Shown piece after piece: positions 10,601 to 27,970 of a DNA stretch of 64,000 nt. This stretch comes from Camelus dromedarius. Taxonomy: Eukaryota. A model generated the notes under the pieces. It had not been told where the DNA came from. It made no database searches and was given only the letters and a program-made list of their open reading frames with translations. The stretch's first letter is position 1. Each line of letters opens with the position of its first letter. The DNA is taken from positions 6,200,001-6,264,000 of the forward strand of contig NC_087462.1 in the NCBI RefSeq assembly GCF_036321535.1, given 5' to 3'. A program made the translations under genes and the position numbers.

Positions 10601-13600
10601 CACGATGGGCTGAGGGGGATTGACTGCCACTGGAACCTTCCCACCCCTCTGGGCTACGGAAGCGAAGCCTCGGTTCTCTCCACTGTGAACTGGGGCTAGT
10701 GGAGTTAGGACTATTCTTTTTTTTTTTTTTTAACATTTTTTTGAGTTATAGTCATTTTACAATGTTGTGAAGGTAGGCCTATTCTTAATCCACTTCAGAA
10801 GTAGAGAGAGTGACTGTAAATAGGCATGAAATTAGTTTTTAAGGTGATGGATGTGTTCTTAATCCACATTGTGGTTGCACAACTCTATAAATACACTCTA
10901 TAAATACAAATTCATTGCACCGTATTCGAAAAGCTGTTAAAAAAAAAAAAAAGGCTGAGAAACCCCTTAGAGATTCAAGTTTTACGTCTAACCACCTGTT
11001 ACAAACCCCCACTTGCAGAGCTGGAGGCCCCTCTCAAACCACAGCCCCAGATCAAACTCACATCTCCAAGCCCAGCTTCTTGTCTTTAAGGCCAGACTTA
11101 GGGAGGAGGTCTGTCTTGCCTGCATCTCTCCTTGATTCCACAATTTTAGTCCCTCACTAAGTCCTGGTCACTCCACCCTTCAAGTATTTGTCTGTCTCTC
11201 CCTTCTTGCATGCAGCCACAGTTGTGACATGTGCGACGTGGACTGGGTCCATGGCCAGCAGCTCTCTGGCTTCCTGTAAGGCCAGCCTTCTGCGATCTAG
11301 ATTCCTGGTCTGCTCACACACCCTCCGGGGCTCCTGATCACCCTAAGGAAAAGACCTCAACTCCTTGGCCTGGCATTTGAGGTCCCGCCAGACTCAGCTC
11401 CAGCCACACCAATCTGTTGATATTCAGTCCCCCTTGCCTCCTCAACCCCAGATCACCATGTTTCCCCTCTCCAAACCTTCACCCAGACTGTTCCTTCTGT
11501 CTAGAATGCCTGTCTTTGCCAATTCCTACGCATCCTTCAAAGCCCAGTTGGGGGTCACCTCCTGCAGGAATTACAACTCTTTCTAGAGAAAGCTCAGGCA
11601 CCTAGAGATGCAATTTCATCTTTACCCTGGGTGGGGGCAGGACTAAGCTAGAATCTCTCCTAGGTGACCCCTTGCTACTACGTGCGGCCATCTGCTCCAT
11701 TTCACAGAGGTGAAAACTAGGGCAAAGTCTAGCACCCAGAGTCCCAAAGGGAGAACTCGGGCAGAGACTCAAACCTGAAGGGTTGGGCTTTCAACTCTCA
11801 GACTGAGAGGTGTAAGGTCCCGCGAGGAGGTTTCCTGGGTGTTTTCAGAGGCAACTGGGAATGTTTGGGGACTTCCCTCACCTGGCGGACATTTGCTCAG
11901 ACATCCTTCACTTCAGAAGCAAAGCCAATATTTGCCCAAAATCTTCCTTTGGCAGGTACCGTGAAGGTGGAATGTCCTTCAGGTCTCTCTGCATCATTAA
12001 ACTCATGCAAGGAGGTCTCATGGGAGTCAATCAGGAAGTTATGTGTACCCCTTTCCCAACACTCCAGGGTCACCTGGTTAGTGACAGTCCTGCTGGGACT
12101 AGAACACAAGGCTGTCTAATTCCAAAGCCAGTTGGCCAGCTCTCTGTTTTTCTTCCTTACCTTTTTGCTTTGTTTTGAATTTCATTGATCTATTGCTTGC
12201 TTATGGTAATGCTAACTCATTCTAAGCTGGGGGGCTCTGGGAGAGGTCAGGGGACGAGTTTTCTCCGTGTGTCTTTTTTCTTACTTTGGGCATTTTGAAG
12301 TGAGAGAATGAGTTAGCATAAATAGAATAGATAGATATATATATAATACATATAGAATAGATAAACAAGGTTATATTGTATAGCACAGGGAAATATATAC
12401 AAGATCTTGTGGTAGCTCACAGGGAAAAAGAATATGAAAATGAATATATGTATATTCATGTATGACTAAAAAATTGTGCTGTATGCCAGAAATTGACACA
12501 GCATTGTAAACTGACTATAACTCAGTAAAAACAAAAACGAAAATAAACAAACAAACATAATTTCCTTCCCCCAAATAACAAATCAAAAATAATTGTCATT
12601 TCTTGCATTTCCTTTCCAGGCTGTTTAATACAGAAACACAGCCTCCCTCACCCCTGTGGTTCCTTAGCACCGAGGCTGGCACGCCACTCATTTTGGGCAT
12701 ACCATATTTCTTTTGAACTTGACCGTACACCTTGGAATTCATTCTCTTTCAGGACACGAGGCGCCTTTGTCTATTTCTTTTACACAGTTGCATACTATCC
12801 ATGGGACGGCTGAGTCACGTCTGATCTTCCCAGCCCCTGTATTTGGGTGGCCTGCAAACTTTTGCCCTCCCAGAGAAAGCCACAGTGAGTAACCCCACAC
12901 TCCCTCAGTTCTCTCATGGGCAGGGACACCCACAAGTCCATTTCCCATGAGTGCAGTTTCTGTGTCAAAGGACACACGCCATTTGAGGACTGATGCCCAC
13001 TTCCCCACCTGGGTTTGAGTTCTTTTCACCCCCATACTGTCAGAAACATCCTGGGACTGCTGGCTTCCCCTCACCCTTGCCAGCACATCTGTTATCAATT
13101 CTTTGGATTGTTGCCAATATGTGAAAAATGCCATCTCAGGGCTAGTTTTAATTTGCACTTTTTTTTTTTAAGAGTTAGATCTAGAACCTTGTCATGTGTT
13201 TAAAGAGGCCTAGGAAGCCACAATTCTCGAATGTACTGAATCCCTGTCAATGTTCTAAATGCACGCCCAAGGAAGTTCAAGGAAGGGTTCCAGATGTCCA
13301 GATGTCCAGATGCTTTCCGAAGATGGGCCCATCTGCCCTGCAGTGAGACCGTGGCCCCATCACCAAGCAACAAAGGCTGCCCCAGCCTGCTGGGGACTCC
13401 CCGGTCCACCTCCCACTGCCCAAGCCTGCCTAGTCCAGCCCTGGGCCCAGCCACTCACGGTATACAATGATGCTCACTGAAGTTGACGACTGATTTTCGG
13501 AACAGGTTGAGAAGCATTTTGGAGTGCTGTCACTCAGCACATTGGTCAGTTCAAAAGTCTTCCAGTTTTCCCCATGGTCCACTTCCTTCTTAGTTAGCTC

Positions 13601-15399
13601 GGTCTCTAAGCCCAAAATGCTCGGGTGGTCACAGGAAGCGCTGCAGGTCACTCTCACAGAACCTCCTTGGGGTATGATGGCTTTTGGGGGCTGCACTGAT
13701 GTTTCAGCACCTCCTGGCCCTGGAACAAAAAGGTGAGGAGGGGAAAGGCATGACAAAAAAGGGTCATCAACATTACTGCACCCAGCCTTGAACAAGACAG
13801 AACTCTGCCTTCCGTGTGGGAGACAAAAAATTCATGAGCAAACAACATAATTAATAACTGATGCTAAAGAGAGCTTTGGCAAAAACAAAAGCGGGGTGAT
13901 AGAACAGACAGTGCCTTGGTGACAGGCTAATGTACGAGCAGAGATCTGAATGATGAGCAGGGGCTGGCTATCCAGAGAAAAGGGAAATGAATTTCAGGCA
14001 AAAGGAATAGCAAATGCAAAGGTCCTGAGGCAGAGTGGCTGGAGCAGAGTAAGGGAGCATGAGTTGGGGGGAAATGAGGCCAGGAAGATCATGCAAGCAG
14101 TGGAAGCCACGCTAAGGATGTGTTCTTTATTCTGAAAGCAATAGGGAGCCATGGAGGATTTCAGCAAAAGAGGGGCATGAAGTCAGTGTCCTTCTCCCTC
14201 CTAAGAGGTCAGGTGGAGGGAGTCAGCCCTCCAGGGATGAAGGGGTTTCACTCAGGCTTGCTCCTCACTCCCTTGGACAAGTCGTGTCCCATCTCTGGGC
14301 CTCAATTTCCCCATCTGTAAAGTGGGTCAATACACTCACCCCACCCCCTGCTAATGCAGCTAACTTCTAGCACAGGACAGGTAGTGAGTGGCTACAGGTA
14401 GGAAGGAAGGGGGGGTTGTTGGGATTAGTTCCCTCAGACTGTGGTGCTTCCAAAGAGGAAAAAATGTCTGTCTGAGATTCCTGATCCTACTGCCCCCCCA
14501 CAAAGATCTCTGCCCTCAGCTTTGGGTCTACTCTATCTGAGGTGGAGGTGGTGTTGGTGGAAGTGTGGGAACAGCAGCTCTGTGAATTCTCCAAGGGTGA
14601 GTCTGGAATCATTCCCATTTCACAGAGGGAGATGGTGAGGCCTGAAAAAGGAAGGTTACTCAGCTAGAAAGTGGTAGACTCCAGACTGGAGTCCGGATTA
14701 GAAGCCTTTGTGAAGCTGGTAACCGCGGAACTGATTTCTAACTCTCCCACTTCCCGACACGGACCACCACTTGAGACCCACTGCCCCCATTCCCTTCTCC
14801 CTCCTGGCTGGAGTTGATGGAGGGCTGCTGGGGCGTCCCACTTCTCTGCCTCTGCTCCCTGGCCAAGTCAGCCCTGGAATTCCCCTGGGCAGAGAGTTCT
14901 GGACTTCCCCAAAGGGCAGGGGATGAGGAACAGAATGTGCATGTGTGCGTGGGGGGGTCCCCAGTCTACTTCAGCTTCGCGCGGCGCCACATCTCCACAG
15001 CGTCAGACCACCACCTGGGGCCAGGATACAACCACTGCCAGGTGGCCGCTATCAATTTCTCCATTTTACAGCAGAAAACCTGAGGCTCCTCTGGGAGAGG
15101 CGGCCCATAGTCCGAAGCCACACATCGAGTCATGATGCTGGCCTGGATTCGAACCTATGGCTGTTGATTTTCAATCAGTGGCTCTCGCCTCAACTTCCCA
15201 TAAACAGTTATCCGAGCGCAAGTGGCCCTGTGTCCAGCTGGCTGGGAGCCGGTTCTCTGACCGCTCCCGGGGCGCAGCCGGGATTCTAGATTCTGAGAGC
15301 CGGCCCGACGGCAGCCCCGATCGTTGACTCACCTGGGAGCAGAGCCCCGAGCAGGGCCAGGAGCGCAAGCAACGCGGGATGGGCGGCGCCGGGAGCCAT
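7655..15399 (-). CDS. ICAM1: Intercellular adhesion molecule 1 (CD54), 535 aa, 7 exons
   Basis: complement(join(7655..7836,7921..8169,8333..8587,8672..8956,9324..9632,13459..13719,15333..15399)) = 1608 nt; all introns GT..AG, phase 1. [22 protein letters not shown] signal, five Ig domains, LFA-1-binding Glu (LGLET, codon 13604-13606), TM, tail ending ATPP*. Confidence 0.97.
12320..12545 (+). mobile_element. Young artiodactyl/camelid L1 3' end fragment in ICAM1 intron 2
   Basis: GTATAGCACAGGGAA..CATTGTAAACTGACTATAACTC plus A tail; same family as the copies at about 36340 and 38975. Confidence 0.7.
14876..14910. promoter_or_regulatory. NF-kB site pair in ICAM1 intron 1
   Basis: GGAATTCCCC (reverse GGGGAATTCC, perfect consensus) at 14876-14885, plus the related GGACTTCCCC at 14901-14910. 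Confidence 0.55.
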
Positions 15400-15486
15400 C
15401 ACGGGCGGAGGTAGGGCGGATGAGGTGGCACAGACGCGCGGAGGCGTGTGGCGGGCGGACTGTGGCGCCGACGACCGCGCGGGTCC

Positions 15487-15493
15487 TTATATA
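15487..15493 (-). promoter_or_regulatory. ICAM1 TATA box
   Basis: TATATAA on the minus strand about 90 bp upstream of the ATG. Confidence 0.85.
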
Positions 15494-15528
15494 CCGGCCG
15501 GCCACCGGGGGCCGAGGGGCGGTGCTGC

Positions 15529-15539
15529 TTTCCCGGAAA
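15529..15539. promoter_or_regulatory. ICAM1 GAS / palindromic IFN-gamma response element (STAT1/STAT3)
   Basis: TTTCCGGGAAA on the sense strand, next to a GC box at 15516-15522. Same motif and position as the known human element. Confidence 0.9.
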
Positions 15540-15640
15540 CCTCGCGCTTTCCCCTCCAGAACGAAGACTCAGGCGTTTCCGGATTGAGAGGGTGCCGGGC
15601 CTGAGCCAGGTTGTGCCCGCTCGCTGGCCGCTCAAGCACC

Positions 15641-15650
15641 GGAATTTCCG
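15641..15650 (-). promoter_or_regulatory. ICAM1 proximal NF-kB site
   Basis: CGGAAATTCC on the sense strand, positionally equivalent to the human TGGAAATTCC TNF/IL-1 element. Confidence 0.85.
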
Positions 15651-15950
15651 AATTGAAGTAATGAAGGCCGCCTGGCAGCGGCGGCCTGACGACAACAACC
15701 CTGGAGCTGCTCCAGGCGCTAGGGGTCACGTCCCTGGGCCGGGCTAAACTTGATTGTGCGTTTACACTGCGCTAAGCCCTTTACAGAATACCGCCAACCA
15801 GCCTGGACAGCGGGGACTATTATTGTGTCCGTTCCCTAGACGGGTAAACTGAGGCTCCATCCTGGAGGGTATTCGAACACAAGGCTGATTCCCTAGCGCA
15901 CGCAGACATCTTTAACCGAGTGAATGGTCCCTCGCTTGGGTGGGAGCCCA

Positions 15951-15961
15951 GGAATCCTCCT
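15951..15961 (-). promoter_or_regulatory. ICAM1 upstream NF-kB-like site
   Basis: Sense strand AGGAGGATTCC(TGGG), resembling the human upstream kB-like element as recalled. Confidence 0.5.
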
Positions 15962-17089
15962 GGGGCCCTCTCAATCAAGGGTGCCCCTCCTCCACGGGGC
16001 ATGTCCCCGCCCAGCTGACACAGATTTCTCGAGAAGCGACCGCAGCAGGCCCAGGCTTCTCCAGGCGCCAGTGAACCCTGTGGGGTGAGGACGCGCAGCG
16101 CATCACGTCCGGGGCTCCGCATCCCAGACGGATGGGCGCTCCCACCCCCAGCCCCCAATCCCCGCGGCCTCGCTTCTCCTTTTGGGCCGCAGGGGCGTGT
16201 TTACAGCTTCCAGAAAAAGGAAGGAAGCCGCGTGGTCCTGACGCGTGGAGCCCCTCGGCTACCGTTCCCAGGCTCCGCGGGGAAACTGAGGCAGCCGACC
16301 TTGACGGGAGAGGGGACAGGGGGCGCTCGAATTCTTGCTTTCTGCAGGGAAACTGAGGCAGCTCCGAGGCCCCGAAGTTGGGGGGGGGTCATTCAAACCC
16401 CCGCCCTCTCCGCGCAGCTGCCGAAACTCGAACCCTTAGGGCCTGCACCAAGGCTCTGCGGGTTCATGCTCGGGCTAGTTCCATTAGGGCCTCGCGGAGG
16501 CATAGTGCCGCGGATAGGCCGCCCCCAACCCGCACACAGGCCACGCCTGCGCGTGTGACCCCAAGACACGGCATCCACCGCATCAAGGCCGGGGACCCTG
16601 GAATCTCCGAGCCGGCAGCGAGGCTTCCTGTTGTGGGGCGCGCGCCGCGTCGCCATGGAGACCTCAGAGGGGCCAAGGAGGTCGCGCAGCAGAAGGGGAA
16701 GGGAGGGGGGCCTCAGGGACGCTCGGGTCCTTCTTCTCGGGGAAGGAGCTGCGAGTCACTCTTTAGTCAGAAAACCGTCCGTCGCTCCACCCCGATTGAT
16801 TATTCCTAAGGATTTTACACGGGGATCTTTCCTCTTGGAGGGTGGAGGGTACTGAAATCCAGCCCTAAACGGCCTGGACAAAGGCGCAGAGTCGGAACTG
16901 GGGATGTCCCTGGGAGGGTCTGGGAAAATCCTCTGCCGGGGGTCATTTTCCGGCGTATTTTTATTAGACTGGCGTCACCTCATCCTTTGGCCTCTGTCCG
17001 ACGTGCGCTGGCGGAGAGCTCCCCCGCGCGGCCCAGGTTCCCCTTTCAGCCATAAAAGCGTGGTTTTTCCCTTCTGTCTCTCAATACGC

Positions 17090-17640
17090 TGTTCAGTGTT
17101 GATTGAGAGCCCACTGTTTGCCAGGCATCCTTCCAGGTGCTGAGGACACAGCAATGAAGAGAATAGACAAGAATGTCTGCCATTGTGCTGAGATCCTCTT
17201 AGTGAGGACGACAGAAAGAAAGGAAAATAAAATATGTGGAGACTTAGCTTGTGATTAGTGCCAAGAGAAAAGCAAAGCAGAGAAGGGAATAGGAAATGTG
17301 AGGGTTAATAAACTTTTAAATAGAGTATTCTGGGAAAGACTGAGCAAAGACCAGAGGGAGATGAGGAGAGAGTCCTGACAACATCAGGGAAAGAGTGTCC
17401 CAGGCAGAGAGCACTGAATGTGCAAAGGCCCTGAGGTAGGAACTGCCTTAAGGAACGTCCAAGAGGCTAGTGTTGCTGGAGTGCTGTAAGGGAGGGAGAG
17501 AATTGGAGGAGAGAGGAGGGCAGGGAGGGGATGAGGCAGAGCATGGCCTGGGAGGACTTTGGTCTTTTGTCTGAGTGAGGCAGGAGCCCTGGAGGGTTCT
17601 GAGTAGAGGCGGGACACCTGACTCAGGTGTTTACAGGCAC
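17090..17640 (-). mobile_element. L2 fragment (further L2 pieces at about 13800-14200, 29500-30000, 30340-30940, 36560-36830, 39220-39740, 46200-46790)
   Basis: GCCAGGCA..GTGCTGAGGACACAGCAATGAA..GTGCAAAGGCCCTGAGG; typical L2 3' region. Confidence 0.65.
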
Positions 17641-18479
17641 CCTCCTGAGATGGCAGGAGCTACAGTTAGATGGTGGGGAGGAAGGGGTGGGAGAGGGAGG
17701 AAGCCAGGAGATCAGAGAAGAGGTGACTGCTCCTATGCAGGGGAGCAGTGATGGAGCTTGGGGTGGGCCCTGGTGAAGTGGTCAAATTTGGCATCCATTT
17801 TGGGAGCAGGGCCAGCTAGTACTTGCTGGGACTTGGGGGCAGGGCAGAGTCAAGTTCAACTAATTGGTCCTGGTCTGAGGTCCAGAAAGAGTGGAGGGCC
17901 ATTTCCTGAGATAAGGATGGGCTGAAAATGGGGAGCCATTTGGCAGAGGAAGCATGCACCTCCCACTAGTACACAGCCTTTGTACTTCCTTGAAAGAGAG
18001 GAAAGTAGATGCTCCCCAATCCTGGGCTGCAACCACCAGGAAGGGCAGGGCTTCCTTCAGGGTGCCAAGGAGTCTCGGGAAGATCAGGAAATGGACCCGC
18101 TGCAGACCAGAGGCTGTGGACCCAGGAGAACTACCCTAACCCCACTCCATGGCATCATGTCTGCTCGCCGCTCATTCTGAGCTCTGATGTGGCCATCCCG
18201 CAGTTCCTTGACCTGGAACACTCTTTCCCTCATCCCTGATGTGGCCAGCCCTTCTTTTCTTGTGGCCTGAGCCTCCTCCTCTCCCTGGCCTCTTCCATCT
18301 TGGGCCACACCCTGGTTATTCCCTGTCACTTGCCCTAATGGTTTCATTCCTAAAACTTCATTCACTTGCTGAAATACTTTTGACTTGATTGCCTGTCACC
18401 TGCTTTTGTATGAGCTCTGGAAGGCCAGGGCCCCTGTCAGTCCCAGCACCTGCATCACTGTCTGGTCATTACAGGCAGA

Positions 18480-19110
18480 TGGTTAAGACGTATGTGCCGA
18501 ATACGTGAACTTCTTTTGTTCTCTGGGCATTCTGCTTGTGCTGTTCCCCCAACCCAGAATTCCCTTCCTATCGCTTTTACAAAAGGTTATCAGAGGATTT
18601 CACCCACAAGTTTGGAACAGGGCTGGGAGCACAAGGTGCTTTTCAAGATAGCAATTTGTTCTCTTTTGGACAAATACTCAGAGTGGAATTGCTGGATTAT
18701 ATGGTAGTTCTATTTTTAATTTTTTTTTTGAGGAAATTCCGTCATGTTCAGGCCACAGTCTGAATAATATTCCATCGAAAAGATATATCACGTTTTGTTT
18801 ATCCATCCATTAACTGATAGACATTTGGGTTGTTTCTACATTTCCGCTGTTATGAATCATGCTATGACCTTTCATGCACAAGGTTTTGTATAGACATGTT
18901 TTCAGTTCTTTTGGGTCCATACCTAGCTGAACTGTTGAGTCACAGGGTAGTTCCATGTCTATCTTTTTGAGGGACTAACAGCCGCACCACTCCACACTCC
19001 CACCAGCAATATACAAAGCTTGCAGGGTTCCAATTTCTTCACATCCTTGCCAATATTTGTTTTGTTTTATCATTATTATTTTTGCCCTCCCAGTTGGTGG
19101 GAAGTGGTAT
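18480..19110 (-). mobile_element. Fragmented old L1
   Basis: AGTGGAATTGCTGGATTATATGGTAGTTCTATTTTTAATTTTTTGAGGAA-type L1 motifs. Confidence 0.6.
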
Positions 19111-20524
19111 GTTATTGTGGGTCCACAGCCTTTCTGACCCGTCCAGTGGACAAACCCAGCACAGTCCTGCAGCAGAGGCTGCCAGGGGTGTGCATGGACC
19201 AGCAAGTGCCGAGGGGATGTGGCCACGGTGCCACAAGCTGTGACCTTGAGCAAGCCACTTCCCCTGTTGGAACCTTGGTGGCCTCAGCTGTAACATACAC
19301 CTCAAAGGGTGGACATGAGATTTCAGTAAGACCATTCGTGGGCAGGGGGAGCAGATACTAAGTAGTTTCTATTTGTGTTTCCTTAGGACTCGGCTCTGAG
19401 AATCTCTCCTCAAACTTCCTCAGCAGATATACCTACTTCCTCCTCTGTTCTCACAGATTTGTTCCTTCAAGCAGCACAGTTCCTCTAGGGTATGAAGCTA
19501 AAATTCATGATGTTTGGATGTTGATCAAAACATAACTTGGCTTCTTCCTCTACTCTTTCAAAATTTATTCTGTTGTGGATTTGGCCTTGACCCTGGCTGA
19601 GAATTCTGCCCGGCACTTGGGCCCAGATCAGCATCTTGTTCAAATCTCTGAACTTGACTTGGTGTTGGATGGGAGCCCCGGGTCAGGCCTTTCCAGGCTG
19701 GAGGGCTTGGTAGAGACAAAGGGCCTGGTTCCCCCGCTGTTGACCCTCTTTCTGTCCCCCTTGACTCCTGTCAGCAGCCTTTGGGTCCCTCCTGCCTAGG
19801 TGCAGGGAGGAGGGGACAGGGCAGTCCCCCCTTGGCTGGTGGCATTACTCTTTTTGATGCCCTAGCAATATGGTAAAGTGTTTGAGGGTGAAGGGCTCTT
19901 TTGAAGCTTCCTCTTTCCTGGAGAACCCTTCGCTGGGGTGGGGGCATCTTTGATGTAGGTTGTGGCTCTTCTGTTGGCCCCTGGGATCTGGTCCTACCCT
20001 CTCATCCCTCCCAGTGGGGCTCCAATGCCGACCACCAATCAGCAGACACCCTGACTCCACCGCCAGCGCTGCCTGCCTCTCACCCTCTGGGTCTCCTGGG
20101 GGTCATATCCCAGCCCCAAGGGCTCCCTTGAGCTTTTTTAATCCAGAGTCAGCCTGAGTCCTGGGTGTCCTGCCTTCAGGGATGCTTTTCAAAGGCTGTG
20201 AAGTCCCCTCCCTCTCCAGCCACTGGGTTACCTCATGTCCCAAGAGGGTGAGATGGAGATTTGCAGGTAGCCAACAGCTCCCCTTAAGAAATATCTTCAC
20301 TCATTTCTCTTTTTTAGAAAAGGCTTTTTTATTAGAATTTCAAAATAGCCAACAGCAAAGAGGACATGTGATGAAGTCACATATGCCAACTTCCAGTCCC
20401 CACCGCTGATCGTGTTCCATCCTTCCCCTTACACCCCACCACAGGTTCAACTACTCCTCCCTGCCCACCCCCACCCCCCAACCCCCTTCAAAAGAAGCAA
20501 AGCTAACCCCTGGATGGTGGTGAT

Positions 20525-20730
20525 CTTATTTAGAAACACTTTGCAGATGATCAATTTTAGATGAGGTCATTAGGGTGGGCCCTGACCCAACATGACTGGT
20601 GCCCTTACAAAAAGGGGAAATTTGGGCACAGACACACACAGAGACAATGCCATTTGAAGATGAGGACAGAGATCAGGGTAATGGGTCTACAAGCCAAGAA
20701 ATGCCAGGGAATGCCAGCAAGGCTCTCTAG
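20525..20730 (+). mobile_element. MLT1 (MaLR) LTR fragment
   Basis: GATGAGGTCATTAGGGTGGGCCCT..GACTGGTGCCCTTACAAAAAGGGGAAATTTGG..CAAGCCAAGAAATGCC. Confidence 0.75.
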
Positions 20731-21893
20731 ACTAGGCTGGGCGCTGTCAGGACAACAGCTGGCTCTTACTCTGGGCCACGGTGTCCCCACAGGGCTGGTG
20801 ACAGGCACAGGGAGAGGCAGTTAGGGTTCAGCCCAGCAGCATTTCCCTCCTGGCCTCTGCACCCACTTCCTGCTGGCTCCAGTTAGCTTTTCCTTTTTCG
20901 CTTAAGTCAAATCTGACACATTAAGGGTCAAAATTTATGTCCATTGAGGACTTTGAAAGAATATGTTGTGAGCTCTTAAGGCATTCCCAAGAGAGGCATT
21001 CCAGACATGTTTTCAGTAACAGGCAGCCTGGGAGATGGGTCATTGTGGCCGCCTGGCTGGGCCTGCACATGAGATGGCACTTTTGACCAACTTTAAAGAA
21101 ACAGACCACATTTTTAGTCTGTTTTGTAACTGTTAAAAAAATAACAACTTGGGTCAGGGGGCAAATAACATCAGCAGGCTGAAGAATGAGGATACTGGCT
21201 TGGTGTGTTTTAAAAAATGTTTGCTTGCTTGCTTACTGACGACACAGATCCTGACCCCGCGCGTAGGGAAGATCACGGGGGCGAGAGCTCAAGCTTCCAC
21301 ATCACGCCCGTTTGTGGAATCGGGCCCACACCCAGACGGAAGCACCGCAGTGTTTGGGGACCACAGGCGCCGTCAGTGGTGCGAGCGCTCAGGGAGGGTG
21401 CTGGGGACCAGGAGGCGCCACTGGTGGGCTTGCAGCGATGGCTGGTGCTCCTCTGGGAGCCCCGGGAGGCTGGCTCACCTGGGAAACTTGACGGTGGGTC
21501 ATTTCTACAAACAGTGCCGACGCCCCTTGAGGAGTGAGGTACCTAGTGGTGCCCAGCAACGGGGAAAGAGCCCAACTTGCCAAATGGAATTATTCACAAA
21601 ATGGCAACGGGATGTTGATTCTCCTCTTTGAAAAATAAAATTTATCTTACACAAAAGGGAGACTTCGGGCGGGAGCTCGGACAGGCTCTTGAGCTGGCTG
21701 TCCTTTCCCGTGGTGACTCCTGCTCGGCTACTCTGTGTGGCCTCAGCTTCCTACCAGGATGAGGGGGTCTGGGCAGGGCCGGCCGCCCTCGCAGGCTGCG
21801 CGGGAGGCTCCCAAGCCTGCCAGGGGCTCGGCCTGGCTCAGAGAGTGAGCAGGAAGGCCGGCAGCCGGGGGCGTGGGGGAGCGTGGTCCGGGC

Positions 21894-27525
<5,632 letters not shown>

Positions 27526-27569
27526 TGCAGCGCAGCTCGGTACGCTTAGAGAGGTCAAGGCTTCCTCCG

Positions 27570-27970
27570 GACTCTCGCGACGCCTCGCGACGACGTCACA
27601 TCCGCAACGCCGCCCACTCCATTTGTATTCGGCATTGGGAAGCAGGGTGTACAAGAGCGAGGACGGCGGGGCCCGCACCAGCGTACCCTCACCTCCGCCA
27701 TAAGACTAACCCCCAGACCCCAGTTTTCACTGCTGGCCTAAAAGACCCTCTGCGACACCCGGCAGCTCGACCCCACAGCCAGAAGCCCCGCCCTCTCTTG
27801 GATCCCGCCCCTAAAGAACCGGTGTAGGAATCCAGCCAATGAGACCTCCCTGCTCAAAGGAAACGTTCATGATTCACCCAATGAACGTTTAGTCTTGGAA
27901 AGTGGCCCCTCCCCGTCATGGTTAGGCAGTTCTGGGGTGGGCACCTAAGGGAATATGGCCAATAACTGTT
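27570..27970 (-). promoter_or_regulatory. MRPL4 TATA-less CpG-island promoter
   Basis: CRE-like GTGACGTC at 27592-27599; CCAAT boxes at 27634, 27836, 27878 and 27959; GC boxes near 27786 and 27804; CpG-rich region about 27050-28450. Confidence 0.7.

Noticed and set aside
21414-21427. CTCF-like CCACCAGTGGCGCC
   Set aside because: One base short in the core spacing; not called.
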